Shown: positions 14,084 through 27,325 of the stretch, one piece after another
Numbering within the stretch: position 1 is the stretch's first letter
Layout of the letters: each line of letters begins with the position of its first letter
NCBI GenBank assembly: GCA_035306365.1
Contig: DATGOE010000206.1
Location: 5,461 to 69,460, forward strand
DNA: 64,000 nucleotides
Reading direction: 5' to 3'
Source of the DNA: Natronosporangium sp.
GTDB lineage: Bacteria > Actinomycetota > Actinomycetes > Mycobacteriales > Micromonosporaceae
Notes under the pieces: model-generated
What the model was told of the DNA's origin: nothing
Seen by the model: the letters and a program-made list of their open reading frames with translations, nothing else
The model's database searches: none
Program-made: the position numbers and the translations under genes

Positions 14084-14485
14084 TCAGAGGGGCAGGGTTG
14101 CGAGCCGGTCCAGGCAGTCCCGCCAGCCGTCGGCGAACCGGTCCCGCGTGACGGCGTCGCCGATCCGGTCGTGGACCAGGGTCAGGGTGGTCCCCGTGCC
14201 GGCGGGGCGGAGCTCGACCGTCACCCGGCTCTGCTCGTCCTGGTCCTCCCACCGCCAGGTGAAGACCAGCCGCCGGGGCGGGTCGACCTCCAGGTACTCG
14301 CCGGTGACCGCGATCCCTGCCCGCGGGCCGGCGATCCGGTAGCGGCCGCCCACGCGCGGGTCGGTCTCGACCGTGTTGTCCAGGTGCGGCCAGAACCAGG
14401 CCGCCAGCGCCGCCGGGTCGGTCAGGGCGTGCCACACCCGTTCCGGGGTGGCGGAAAGGTCGCGGGTGATCTCAAGCCTGGCCAC
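14084..14485 (-). CDS. SRPBCC/AHSA1 ligand-binding domain protein
   Basis: ERVWHALTDP, DPRVGGRY, GEYLEVDPPRRLVFTW, GWxxxLDRL. Confidence 0.9.
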   Translation of the reverse strand: MARLEITRDLSATPERVWHALTDPAALAAWFWPHLDNTVETDPRVGGRYRIAGPRAGIAVTGEYLEVDPPRRLVFTWRWEDQDEQSRVTVELRPAGTGTTLTLVHDRIGDAVTRDRFADGWRDCLDRLATLPL

Positions 14486-14813
14486 GGGTGTCGTCCTCCG
14501 TCAGGTAGCGCTCGAGGGCGTCGAGCCGGCCGGTCCAGAACTCGCGGTAGGCCGCCAGCCACTGGCTCGCCTCCCGCAGCGGCGCGGGCCGCAGCCGGCA
14601 CAGGCGGTGGCGGCCCTGCCGGGTGCGGCTGACCAGGCCGGCCCGCTCCAGCACCGTGAGGTGCTTGCTGACCGCCACCAGGGAGATCGGCAGCGCAGCC
14701 GCGAGCTCACCGACGGTCCGGGGGCCGGAGGTGAGCCGACGCAGCAGCTCCCGGCGGTAAGGGTCGGCGAGCGCGCCGAACGTCCGGTCGAGCGCCGAGC
14801 TACCCTTAACCAT
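14472..14813 (-). CDS. ArsR/SmtB family transcriptional regulator (SRPBCC-associated)
   Basis: [37 protein letters not shown]. Confidence 0.92.
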   Translation of the reverse strand: MVKGSSALDRTFGALADPYRRELLRRLTSGPRTVGELAAALPISLVAVSKHLTVLERAGLVSRTRQGRHRLCRLRPAPLREASQWLAAYREFWTGRLDALERYLTEDDTRGQA

Positions 14814-14822
14814 AAGGTTAAG
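14805..14822. promoter_or_regulatory. Perfect inverted repeat, likely ArsR autoregulatory operator
   Basis: CTTAACC-ATAA-GGTTAAG spans the ArsR ATG and abuts a minus-strand TATTCT -10 (14821-14826). Confidence 0.75.
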
Positions 14823-14922
14823 AATAGTTGGGCCGAGAAGCGTACGCCGGCGCCCGACGACGTCCGCCCACGGCTCGGGTAGACTCCATCGGGTTTGTCC
14901 GGCACAACGGGAAGACGCACCG

Positions 14923-15480
14923 ATGACCACCACGAACGACCTCAAGAACGGCATGGTCCTCAACCTCGACGGGGAGCTGTGGACCGTGGTCGAGTTCCAG
15001 CACGTCAAGCCCGGTAAGGGTGGGGCGTTCGTGCGGACGACCCTCAAGAACGTCCTGTCCGGCAAGGTGGTGGACAAGACGTTCAACGCCGGCACCAAGG
15101 TGGACACCGCCACCGTGGACAAGCGGCCGATGCAGTACCTGTACGCCGACGGCGAGGACTACGTCTTCATGGACATGGAGACCTACGACCAGGTCCACGT
15201 CCCCGCCGCGACGGTCGGGGACGCGGCGAACTGGCTGCTGCCGGAGGCGGAGGTCACCGTGGCGACGCACGAGGGCGTGCCGCTGTACGTCGACCTGCCG
15301 GCCAGTGTCGTCGTCGAGGTGACCTACACCGAGCCCGGGGTGCAGGGCGACCGGTCCACCGGCGGTACGAAGCCGGCCACCGTCGAGACCGGCGCGACCG
15401 TCCAGGTGCCGCTGTTCGTGACCACCGGCGAGAAGATCAAGGTCGACACGCGCGACGGCCGGTATCTCGGCCGCGCCTGA
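14923..15480 (+). CDS. efp: Translation elongation factor P
   Basis: [31 protein letters not shown]. Confidence 0.99.
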   Translation: MTTTNDLKNGMVLNLDGELWTVVEFQHVKPGKGGAFVRTTLKNVLSGKVVDKTFNAGTKVDTATVDKRPMQYLYADGEDYVFMDMETYDQVHVPAATVGDAANWLLPEAEVTVATHEGVPLYVDLPASVVVEVTYTEPGVQGDRSTGGTKPATVETGATVQVPLFVTTGEKIKVDTRDGRYLGRA

Positions 15481-15484
15481 GCAG

Positions 15485-15919
15485 ATGGCCCACCGCCCGA
15501 AGGCCCGGGTGCCCGCCCGCCGCAAGGCGCGCAAACGGGCGCTGGACGTGCTGTACGAGGCCGACCTGCGGCAGCTGCCCGCCCCCGAGGTGCTCGCCGA
15601 GTACGTCTCCCGGCTGGAGGAGCCCAAGCCCCGGTACCTGCCCTACACCGTCTCGCTGGTCGAGGGCGTGGTGGCACACCAGGACCGCATCGACGAGCTG
15701 ATCGAGAGCTACGCCGAGGGCTGGACACTGGAGCGGATGCCGGCGGTCGACCGTAACCTGGCCCGCATCGCCATCTACGAAATGCTGTGGGTCGACGACG
15801 TGGACCGTCCGGTGGCGATCACGGAGGCGGTCGAGCTGGCCAAGGAGCTGTCCACGGACGACTCCCCCCGGTTCCTCAACGGCGTTCTCGGCCGGATCGC
15901 CGACTTCGCCCACCGCTGA
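15485..15919 (+). CDS. nusB: Transcription antitermination factor NusB
   Basis: ARRKARKRALDVLYEAD, RMPAVDRNLARIA, EAVELAK, FLNGVLG. Confidence 0.98.
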   Translation: MAHRPKARVPARRKARKRALDVLYEADLRQLPAPEVLAEYVSRLEEPKPRYLPYTVSLVEGVVAHQDRIDELIESYAEGWTLERMPAVDRNLARIAIYEMLWVDDVDRPVAITEAVELAKELSTDDSPRFLNGVLGRIADFAHR

Positions 15920-16210
15920 CCGGGGCGCGGCCGCGCGGGCGCGGCACCACCGCGACCACCGCAGGGCGCCACCCGTGACCACCGTGACGTTAGGGGAGCG
16001 GCTGGCCGCTCGACCGGCCGCCCGTCGCGTTCCACCCCGACGACCCGGGCGCCCGGTGCCGGTGGCAGTCGCGACCGGTCAACGCCGACCCGCGCCGTCG
16101 GCGCCGACGTGCCGCGGCCCGGCCACGGGTGTGGCCGGGCCGCGGCACAGCCTGCCGGGAAGGTGGGTGCGGGGAACGGCGCCCGCCCGCGGGTGGCGCC
16201 GTCCGCGGCG

Positions 16211-16699
16211 TCAGGACTCGAACAGCGACCGTGGGTCCTCGACGATGATCCCGGCGTCGCTCAACCGGTCCACCAGGTCGGGCGGGGAGACGTCGTAGAT
16301 GACCGCCAGCGCCTCCATGTCGCTGGCGCGCAGCGTGAGCACGCGCCCGTTGTAGTCCCCGCGCTTCTGCTGGATCGCGCGGGCGTACCGGGCGACGTGG
16401 GCGAACTCGTCGTCCTGGCGGTCGTAGAGCTTGGCCAGGTCCAGCACCACCTTGCCGGCGTACTCGAACTGGATCGGCGCGCCCTCGGGTAGCAGCTCGG
16501 AGACCGGTACCCGGTAGAACTGGGCCAGCTCGGCGAGGCGGTTGACGGTGACGGCGCGGTCACCACGCTCGTACGACCCGACGACCACCGCCTTCCAGCG
16601 GCCCTCGGACTTCTCCTCCACCCCCTGCAGGGACAGGCCCTGCTGCTGGCGGATGGCGCGCAGCCGGGCACCCAGCTGCTTGGCGTAGTCAGAAGTCAT
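16211..16699 (-). CDS. bldD: Developmental master regulator BldD (XRE HTH plus c-di-GMP-binding domain)
   Basis: YAKQLGARLRAIRQQQGLSL...WKAVVVGSYERGDRAVTV; intact RxD-X8-RxxD (RGD-YNGRVLTL-RASD); nusB-bldD-pyrR synteny. Confidence 0.97.
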   Translation of the reverse strand: MTSDYAKQLGARLRAIRQQQGLSLQGVEEKSEGRWKAVVVGSYERGDRAVTVNRLAELAQFYRVPVSELLPEGAPIQFEYAGKVVLDLAKLYDRQDDEFAHVARYARAIQQKRGDYNGRVLTLRASDMEALAVIYDVSPPDLVDRLSDAGIIVEDPRSLFES

Positions 16700-16745
16700 G
16701 CGGAAACTCCCAGGGACGGGCGCGGAGGGGGAACCCCGGCCTGTG

Positions 16746-16787
16746 GCTACGGAGAGTAACCGTACGTCGGAGCGCACGCCGGGTCAA
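16746..16787 (-). promoter_or_regulatory. bldD promoter (TTGACC-17-TACGGT) with overlapping BldD-box-like site
   Basis: Minus strand -35 at 16782-16787, -10 at 16759-16764; GTTACTCTCCGTAGC (16746-16760) resembles the nTnACnCnGnGTnAn BldD consensus with 2 mismatches. Confidence 0.7.
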
Positions 16788-16916
16788 GTCCCGATCGCGA
16801 CGCTCGTCACAAACCGGGGGTCGCCGCCGACCTGCTGGTAGCCTGGATCTGCGGTCCATCACCGGACACCGTGGCGGGGCTGCGGATTCACCGTCGATCC
16901 GTAGGTCCTCGCTGGC

Positions 16917-16955
16917 GAGTCCTTTAAAGCCCGTCCCGTGAGGCGGGGAAGGAGG
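16917..16955 (+). ncRNA. PyrR-binding RNA leader element
   Basis: GAGTCCTTTAA...GTCCCGTGAGGCGG...AAGGAGG; contains the PyrR-loop consensus, and TCCTT can pair with the pyrR Shine-Dalgarno. Confidence 0.85.
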
Positions 16956-16960
16956 TCGCC

Positions 16961-17566
16961 GTGGCCTACGCTGAGGCTGCGCCGTCGACGGGTAAGACGA
17001 TTCTCACAGACAGTGACGTTCACCGGGTGATCGACCGGATCGCCCACCAGATCCTGGAGAAGACCCGGGGGGCGGCCGACACCGTGCTGCTCGGTATCCC
17101 CACCCGGGGCGTACCGCTGGCGCACCGCATCGCCGAGCGGATCCACGCCTTCGAGGGGATCCGGGTCCCGGTCGGCTCGCTCGACGTCACCCTCTACCGC
17201 GACGACCTGCGCTCGCAGGCTCCCCGGCCGCTGGGGCCGACCCAGCTCCCGCCCGGCGGGGTCGACGGCAAGCGGGTGATCCTCGTTGACGACGTGCTGT
17301 TCCGGGGCCGGACCGTCCGGGCGGCCCTGGACGCGTTGCGGGACCTGGGGCGGCCGGCGTCGGTCCAGCTGGCGGTGCTGGTCGACCGCGGCCACCGGGA
17401 GCTGCCGATCCGAGCCGACTACGTGGGCAAGAACCTGCCCACGGCCGTGGCCGAGCAGGTGCGGGTGCTGGTGACGGAGGTCGACGGCGTGGACGCGGTG
17501 GTCATCTCCCGGCCCGCGCCGGCGGGCGCGGCCGGCGGCGACCGGCAGCGGAGGGAGGCCCGGTGA
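16961..17566 (+). CDS. pyrR: Pyrimidine operon regulator / uracil phosphoribosyltransferase PyrR
   Basis: [43 protein letters not shown]. Confidence 0.98.
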   Translation: MAYAEAAPSTGKTILTDSDVHRVIDRIAHQILEKTRGAADTVLLGIPTRGVPLAHRIAERIHAFEGIRVPVGSLDVTLYRDDLRSQAPRPLGPTQLPPGGVDGKRVILVDDVLFRGRTVRAALDALRDLGRPASVQLAVLVDRGHRELPIRADYVGKNLPTAVAEQVRVLVTEVDGVDAVVISRPAPAGAAGGDRQRREAR

Positions 17567-18477
17567 CCCGGCACCTGCTGTCAGCCGCCGACCTGGACGC
17601 CGCCGAGGCGACGGCGCTGCTGGACACCGCCGCGGAGCTGGCCCGCCTCACCGCCGGCCGGGAGGTCAAGAAGCTGCCCACCCTGCGCGGGCGCACCGTC
17701 GTCAACCTGTTCTACGAGGACTCCACCCGGACCCGGATCTCGTTCGAGGCGGCCGCCAAGCGCCTGTCCGCCGACGTGATCAACTTCTCGGCGAGGGGTT
17801 CCAGCGTCGCCAAGGGCGAAGGGTTGAAGGACACCGCCCTGACCCTGCAGGCGATGGGTGCCGACGCCGTGGTGGTCCGCCACTCCGCCTCCGGGGCGGC
17901 GCACCGGCTGGCCGGGTGGGTCGACGGCTCGGTGATCAACGCCGGCGACGGCACCCACGAGCACCCCACGCAGGCACTGCTGGACGCGTACACGATGCGG
18001 GCGCGGCTGGGGCGGATCGCCGGCCTGAAGGTGGCGATCGTCGGCGACGTGCTCCACAGCCGGGTGGCCCGCTCCAACGTGCTGCTGCTGCACACCCTCG
18101 GCGCCCACGTCACGCTGGTCGCCCCGCCCACGCTGCTGCCGGTGGGCGTCGACGCCTGGCCGGCGACCACCTCCTACGACCTGGACGCGGTCCTGCCCGA
18201 CTGCGACGTGGTGATGATGCTGCGGGTCCAGCGCGAGCGCATGGACGACTCGTTCTTCCCGTCCACCCGCGAGTACACCCGGCGGTACGGGCTGGACACC
18301 GCCCGCGCCCGGCGGCTGCCCGAGCACGCGATCGTCATGCACCCCGGCCCGATGATCCGGGGGATGGAGATCGCACCGGAGGTCGCCGACTCCCCCCGCT
18401 CCACCGTCACCGAACAGGTCGCCAATGGCGTGTCGGTGCGCATGGCCGTGCTCTACCGGTTGTTGGGAGGGGCGTGA
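17563..18477 (+). CDS. pyrB: Aspartate carbamoyltransferase catalytic subunit
   Basis: [33 protein letters not shown]. Confidence 0.99.
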   Translation: MTRHLLSAADLDAAEATALLDTAAELARLTAGREVKKLPTLRGRTVVNLFYEDSTRTRISFEAAAKRLSADVINFSARGSSVAKGEGLKDTALTLQAMGADAVVVRHSASGAAHRLAGWVDGSVINAGDGTHEHPTQALLDAYTMRARLGRIAGLKVAIVGDVLHSRVARSNVLLLHTLGAHVTLVAPPTLLPVGVDAWPATTSYDLDAVLPDCDVVMMLRVQRERMDDSFFPSTREYTRRYGLDTARARRLPEHAIVMHPGPMIRGMEIAPEVADSPRSTVTEQVANGVSVRMAVLYRLLGGA

Positions 18478-19754
18478 TGGCGGACGTCCTCATCACGGGG
18501 GTGTCGGTGCTCGGCCGGCCACCCACCGACCTGTTGCTGCGCGACGGGATCGTGGCCGAGGTGGGTACCGGGCTGTCCGCACCCGGCGCGCTGGTGGTGC
18601 CGGCCGACGGGCTGGTTGCCCTGCCCGGTCTGGTGGACCTGCACACGCACCTGCGGGAGCCGGGCCGCGAGGACGCGGAGACGGTGGAGACCGGCTCCCG
18701 GGCCGCCGCGCTGGGCGGGTACACCGCGGTGTGCGCCATGGCCAACACCGAGCCGGTCGCCGACACCGCCGGAGTGGTGGAGCAGGTGTGGCGCCTGGGC
18801 CGCGAGGCCGGGCTGGTGGACGTGCAGCCCGTCGGCGCGGTGACGGTGGGGCTGCGGGGCCGGCAGCTGGCGGAGCTGGCGGCGATGGCCGACTCCGCCG
18901 CCGCCGTGCGGATCTTCTCCGACGACGGCAACTGCGTGGCCGACCCGCGGCTGATGCGCCGGGCGCTGGAGTACGTCAAGGCGTTCGACGGGGTGGTCGC
19001 CCAGCACGCCGAGGAGCCGCGGCTGACCGAGGGCGCGCAGATGCACGAGGGGGAGGTGTCGGCCCGGCTGGGGCTGGCCGGCTGGCCGGCCGTGGCCGAG
19101 GAGGCGATCATCGCCCGGGACGCGCTGCTGGCCGGCCACGTCGGCGCCCGGCTGCACATCTGCCACGTCTCCACCGCGGGCAGCGTCGAGCAGCTGCGCG
19201 CGGCCAAGGCCCGCGGGGTGCGGGTCAGCGCCGAGGTGACCCCTCACCACCTGCTGCTCACCGACGAGCTGGCCGCCACCTACGACCCGGTGTACAAGGT
19301 CAACCCGCCGCTGCGCCCGGAGCGGGACGTGGCGGCGCTGCGGCAGGCGGTCCGCGACGGGGTGATCGACGCGGTCGCCACCGACCACGCCCCGCACACG
19401 GTGGAGGACAAGGAGTGCGAGTGGGCCGCCGCCCGCCCCGGCATGCTCGGGCTGCAGACGGCCCTGTCGGTGGTGCTGGAGGTGTTCGGCCCCGACTGGA
19501 ACCTCATCGCCGAGCGGATGAGCCGGACGCCCGCCCGGCTGGCCGGGCTGGACGACCACGGCCACGACCCGGCACCGGGCGCGCCGGCCAGCCTCACCCT
19601 GGTGGACCCGGCCGCCCGGGTCACGGTGGACCCGACCCAGCTGGCCAGCCGCAGCCGCAACACCCCGTACGCCGGCATGACCCTGCCGGGCCGGGTGGTG
19701 GCGACCTTCCTGCGTGGCCAGCCCACGGTGCTGGACGGGAAGGCGACCCGGTGA
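18477..19754 (+). CDS. pyrC: Dihydroorotase
   Basis: [36 protein letters not shown]. Confidence 0.98.
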   Translation: MADVLITGVSVLGRPPTDLLLRDGIVAEVGTGLSAPGALVVPADGLVALPGLVDLHTHLREPGREDAETVETGSRAAALGGYTAVCAMANTEPVADTAGVVEQVWRLGREAGLVDVQPVGAVTVGLRGRQLAELAAMADSAAAVRIFSDDGNCVADPRLMRRALEYVKAFDGVVAQHAEEPRLTEGAQMHEGEVSARLGLAGWPAVAEEAIIARDALLAGHVGARLHICHVSTAGSVEQLRAAKARGVRVSAEVTPHHLLLTDELAATYDPVYKVNPPLRPERDVAALRQAVRDGVIDAVATDHAPHTVEDKECEWAAARPGMLGLQTALSVVLEVFGPDWNLIAERMSRTPARLAGLDDHGHDPAPGAPASLTLVDPAARVTVDPTQLASRSRNTPYAGMTLPGRVVATFLRGQPTVLDGKATR

Positions 19755-20885
19755 GCCCGGCCACCGCCGCAGGCGCCGCCCGGCCGGCGGTCCTGGTGCT
19801 GGAGGACGGGCGGTGCTTCCACGGGGAGGCGTTCGGTGCGGTCGGGGAGACGTTCGGCGAGGCGGTCTTCACCACCGGCATGACCGGCTACCAGGAGACG
19901 CTCACCGACCCGTCCTACCACCGGCAGGTGGTGGTGCAGACCGCCCCGCACGTCGGCAACACCGGGGTCAACGACGAGGACGACGAGTCCGACCGGATCC
20001 GGGTCGCCGGCTACGTCGTGCGCGACCCGGCACGCATCGCCGCCAGCTGGCGGGCCACCGGCACGCTGTCCGACCGGCTGGCCGCCGAGGGCGTGGTCGG
20101 CATCTGCGGCATCGACACCCGCGCGCTCACCCGCCACCTGCGCGAACGGGGGGCGATGCGGGCCGGCATCTCCAGCCTCGACCCCGACCCGGACCGGCTG
20201 CTGGCAAAGGTGCTCGCCTCGCCCGGCATGCTCGGCGCCAACCTCACCGCCGAGGTGACCACGCCCACGCCGTACACGGTGCCGGCCGAGGGCGCGCACC
20301 GGTACACCGTGGCCGCGCTGGACCTGGGCATCAAGCGCACCGTGGTCCGGCGGCTGGCCGCCCGCGGCGTGACCAGCCACGTGCTGCCCGGCTGGTCGAC
20401 GCTGGAGGATGTGCTGGCGGTCCGGCCGGACGCGGTGTTCCTGTCACCGGGGCCGGGCGACCCGGCCACCGCCGACCACGCCGTGACGCTGGCACGGCAG
20501 GTGCTGGACCGGCGGATCCCACTGTTCGGCATCTGCTTCGGCAGCCAGATCCTGGGCCGCGCGCTCGGCTTCGGCACCTACAAGCTCCGGTACGGGCACC
20601 GGGGCCTCAACCAGCCGGTGCTGGACCGGGCCACCGGCCGGGTGGAGGTCACCGTCCACAACCACGGGTTCGCCGTGGACGCACCGGCCGAGCGCGTGGT
20701 GGAGACCGAGCTGGGCCGGGTGGAGGTGTCGCACGTCTGCCTCAACGACCGGGTGGTGGAGGGGCTGCGCTGCCTGGACGTGCCGGCGTTCGCCGTGCAG
20801 TACCACCCGGAGGCCGCGGCCGGGCCGCACGACGCCGACTACCTGTTCGGCCGGTTCGTGGCGATGGTGGAGGGGGTGGCACCAC

Positions 20886-20893
<8 letters not shown>
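19751..20893 (+). CDS. carA: Carbamoyl-phosphate synthase small subunit
   Basis: [36 protein letters not shown]. Confidence 0.98.
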
Positions 20894-24260
<3,367 letters not shown>

Positions 24261-24331
24261 CGCCCGGACCCGGTCGCGCCCGCACCGGGATATCGCTGGA
24301 CGGGCCGGGGGTCGGTGCCTAGCGTCAACGC

Positions 24332-24814
24332 ATGGGTGAGGGTGCCGACGACCTCGTTGAGTCCGGACGCGACGTGCTGCTGGCCTACCTCAACAAGGTG
24401 CGGCGTGCGCTGGTGCGCACCTGCCAGGGCCTGACGCCCGACCAGCTGCGGCGGCCCGGCGTGCCGTCGGGGACGAACCTGCTCGGTCTCGTCCACCACC
24501 TCACCGGGGTCGAGAGGCACTGGTTCCAGCGGGTCTTCCTCGGTCGGGACGTGGACGTGGACAAGTCGATGACGGTCCCGACCGACCTGAGCCCGGACCG
24601 GGTGGTCGCCGCGTACCAGGCGGCGTGCCAGACCAGCGACGAGATCGTGCGCTCCTGTCCGGACCTGTCCACGCTGGCGGCCGTCCCCAACCCCGGCGAG
24701 GACGCACGCGACTCCCTGCGGTCGATCGTGGTGCACATGATCGAGGAGACCGCCCGGCACGCCGGTCACGCCGACATCCTGCGCGAGCGGATCGACGGCG
24801 CCACGGGCCTGTGA
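24332..24814 (+). CDS. DinB/DUF664-family protein (putative metal/thiol-dependent)
   Basis: PSGTNLLGLVHHLTGVERHWF and HMIEETARHAGHADILRERIDG signature. Confidence 0.9.
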   Translation: MGEGADDLVESGRDVLLAYLNKVRRALVRTCQGLTPDQLRRPGVPSGTNLLGLVHHLTGVERHWFQRVFLGRDVDVDKSMTVPTDLSPDRVVAAYQAACQTSDEIVRSCPDLSTLAAVPNPGEDARDSLRSIVVHMIEETARHAGHADILRERIDGATGL

Positions 24815-24887
24815 GGACGCCCCGCTGAGCTCGGGTCGCATCCGGGCTCCGGCGGCATCCGCCGGCCTGTGGGGTGGACCGCACCCG

Positions 24888-24922
24888 GGAATCGGTGCCG
24901 GAATCCGTGCTCTGCACGGATG
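24888..24922. promoter_or_regulatory. Palindromic box 1 upstream of DsrE-like gene
   Basis: ATCCGTGC-TCT-GCACGGAT (24903-24921, perfect 8-3-8) with an extra half-site GGAATCGGTGC 12 bp upstream. Confidence 0.7.
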
Positions 24923-25030
24923 TGTCGCGGCCCGGCCGCGGGAAGGCTGCTCCCAAGGGCCGGTGCCGGCATCCGGATAGCCAACCGGCGCCGGCCCGTC
25001 GTCAGCGACAGATTCCTCAGGGGAGCAGCC

Positions 25031-25393
25031 ATGCACAAGGCAGTCGTCAGCCTCAACACCGGCCTGGAGGACCCGGAGACCGTCACGGTCGCGTTCCTGG
25101 TCGCGGTCGGGGCGGCGGAGCAGGGGCGGCCGACGTTGATGTTTCTCACCAAGGAGGCGGTCCGCCTGGCCGTGGACGGCTTCGCGCAGGCCGTCGCGTG
25201 CGACGGCTGCCCGCCACTGGCCGACCTGGTGGCGCGGTACGCGAAGGCCGGCGGGGCGTATCTGGTCTGCCCGATCTGTGTCAAGGCGCGCCACGTCGAC
25301 CCGGCCGGGTTCATGGACAACGCCGAGACCGGCGGCACCGTGCAGATGTGGGAGTGGATCGGCGACGGCCCCGCCGTGACGTTCAGCTACTGA
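25031..25393 (+). CDS. DsrE/DsrF-like family protein with two CxxC motifs
   Basis: SD GGGAG; VTVAFLVA, MFLTKEAVRLA, CDGC, LVCPIC, GG. Confidence 0.85.
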   Translation: MHKAVVSLNTGLEDPETVTVAFLVAVGAAEQGRPTLMFLTKEAVRLAVDGFAQAVACDGCPPLADLVARYAKAGGAYLVCPICVKARHVDPAGFMDNAETGGTVQMWEWIGDGPAVTFSY

Positions 25394-25437
25394 CGACCCG
25401 GCGCACCTCGACCGCGCACGAGGTGCATCCCGGGTCG
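25394..25437 (+). terminator. Long hairpin directly after the DsrE-like gene
   Basis: CGACCCGG-C-GCACCTCG / loop / CGAGGTGC-ATC-CCGGGTCG (two 8-bp stems); no U tract. Confidence 0.55.
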
Positions 25438-25568
25438 CACCATGGGTCGCACTCCGGGGGGCACCCACGGTGGTCGGGTTCCCCGCTCCGGGACCTCCGG
25501 CGGCGCGTCGTCCGGATGTGGGGAACTCGATCATCGCCGATGATCCGGCGACGCGTACCCTGTGCCCC

Positions 25569-26576
25569 GTGAAGGCGCCGAAGATCGAGCTGCACGTCCA
25601 CCTGGAGGGCACCATCCGGCCGGCGACGCTGCTGGCGATCGCCCGCCGCAACGGCGTGGCGCTGCCGGCCGACACCGTCGAGGGCCTGGCGAAGCTGTAC
25701 GAGTTCACCGACTTCGCCCACTTCATCGACGTGTGGAAGCTGACCACCGGCTGCCTGCGCACCGCCGAGGACTTCCGGCAGGTGGTGGTGGAGTACGCCG
25801 CCGAGGCGGCCGGCTTCGGCGCGGTCTACCTGGAGGGGATCTTCTCGGGGCAGGCGGGCGTGCCCTGGCCGGAGCTGTTCACCGGCTACACCGAGGGCGC
25901 GGTCGAGGCGTACGAGCGGTACGGGGTGACCGTGCGGCTGACCCCGGACCTGTACCGCACCCAGGACGTGGAGTGGGCCGAGGAGTGTGCCCGCTGGGCG
26001 GTGCGGTACGCCGACCGCGGCGTGGTCGGGCTGGGGCTGGGCGGCCTGGAGGCGGCCGCACCGGCGGCGCGGTACGCCCGGGCGTTCGCGATCGCCCGCG
26101 ACGGCGGGCTGGCGATCGTGCCACACGCCGGCGAGGCGGCCGGGCCGGAGTCGGTACGGGAGGTGCTGGCGTACGAGCCGGCGCGGATCCGCCACGGGAT
26201 CCGCGCGGTGGAGGACCCGGCGGTCCTGGCCGAGATCGTCGACCGGGGGATCGTCCTGGACGTGTGCCCCACCTCCAACGTGCGCACCCGCGTGGTCGAC
26301 TCCCTGCCCGCCCACCCGCTGCCCGCGCTGCGCGCGGCCGGGGTGCGCTGCACGGTCAACACCGACGACCCGGCGATGTTCGGCACCGACCTGCGGCGGG
26401 AGTACGAGGTCGCCGCTTCGCTGGGGGTCAGCGCCGCCGACGCGTACGTGGCCGGGGTCGCGGGCGCGCTGTGTGACGAGGACACCCGGGCGCGCCTGGT
26501 TGAGATCGGACGCCAGCACTATCCCGAGGTGCCTGACCGCGACTGGGACGCAAACTTCCGTGCCTTCCACGGATGA
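25569..26576 (+). CDS. add: Adenosine/adenine deaminase family protein
   Basis: PKIELHVHLEG, PHAGE, RIRHG, CPTSN, NTDDPAMF. Confidence 0.92.
   Translation: MKAPKIELHVHLEGTIRPATLLAIARRNGVALPADTVEGLAKLYEFTDFAHFIDVWKLTTGCLRTAEDFRQVVVEYAAEAAGFGAVYLEGIFSGQAGVPWPELFTGYTEGAVEAYERYGVTVRLTPDLYRTQDVEWAEECARWAVRYADRGVVGLGLGGLEAAAPAARYARAFAIARDGGLAIVPHAGEAAGPESVREVLAYEPARIRHGIRAVEDPAVLAEIVDRGIVLDVCPTSNVRTRVVDSLPAHPLPALRAAGVRCTVNTDDPAMFGTDLRREYEVAASLGVSAADAYVAGVAGALCDEDTRARLVEIGRQHYPEVPDRDWDANFRAFHG
26556..26575. promoter_or_regulatory. Palindromic box 2 upstream of AhpD-like gene
   Basis: TTCCGTG-CCTTC-CACGGATG, same core and spacing as box 1; lies in the last codons of add. Confidence 0.65.
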
Positions 26577-26639
26577 CCGCCGCCGGGCGCGCGTGTGAGC
26601 GTACGGGCGTCAGCGGTCAACCGAGGCACCGGAGGGAAC

Positions 26640-27248
26640 ATGACCTATATCCAGACCGTGCCGCCGTACGCGGCGGCGGGGCAGGTGGCCGAGCTGTACG
26701 CCGCGGACGTGGCCGAACGCGGGTACGTCGCCAACCTCACCCGGGCGTTCTCGCTGCGCCCCGTCGTGCTGGTGGCGTGGCGACAGCTGCTCGCCGCCGT
26801 GGTCGCCCCCATTGACCGCCGGCGGTTCGAGCTGGTGACGCTCGCCGCCGCGAGCGCGCTCCGCTCGACCTACTGCGCGATGGCGCACGCACGGGTGCTG
26901 CGGGACGGGTTCCACGACGCGGACACGGTCCGCCGGATCGTCACCAGTCCGGCCACCGCGGGGCTGGACCCGACCGACGTGGCGATCATGGAGTTCGCCG
27001 AACGGGTGGCCAGGGACGCCACCTCGATCGGTCCGGACGACGTGGACCGGCTGCGCACGCACGGGCTGTCCGATGCGGAGATCCTCGACGTCATCCTGGC
27101 CGCGGCCGCCCGCTGCTTCTTCTCCACCGTGCTGGACGCGGCCGGGGCGCAGGCCGATGCCCAGCTCAGTGACGACCTGGAGCCGGCGCTGCGGGCCGCG
27201 GTCACGGTCGGCCGCCCGCCCGCCGACCGGGTCGCGGCCGACGGCTGA
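26640..27248 (+). CDS. AhpD-like / carboxymuconolactone decarboxylase family (peroxidase-related) protein
   Basis: SD GGAGG; RRFELVTLAAASALRSTYCAMAH (SxxC instead of CxxC), LRTHGLSDAEILDV. Confidence 0.85.
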   Translation: MTYIQTVPPYAAAGQVAELYAADVAERGYVANLTRAFSLRPVVLVAWRQLLAAVVAPIDRRRFELVTLAAASALRSTYCAMAHARVLRDGFHDADTVRRIVTSPATAGLDPTDVAIMEFAERVARDATSIGPDDVDRLRTHGLSDAEILDVILAAAARCFFSTVLDAAGAQADAQLSDDLEPALRAAVTVGRPPADRVAADG

Positions 27249-27297
27249 GGCGGCGTCGCGCCGGCACCTCCACCCGTGCCGCGGCCGGCGGTCACGT

Positions 27298-27325
27298 CGG
27301 GTGACCGGGGCCGGCCCGTCACCCG
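27298..27325. terminator. Hairpin between convergent AhpD-like and LuxR-STAND genes
   Basis: CGGGTGAC...GTCACCCG 8-bp stem. Confidence 0.45.

Noticed and set aside
15920-16210. Intergenic region between nusB and bldD as an sRNA or small ORF
   Set aside because: Only GC-rich hairpin potential between convergent genes; no recognisable RNA family or coding signal
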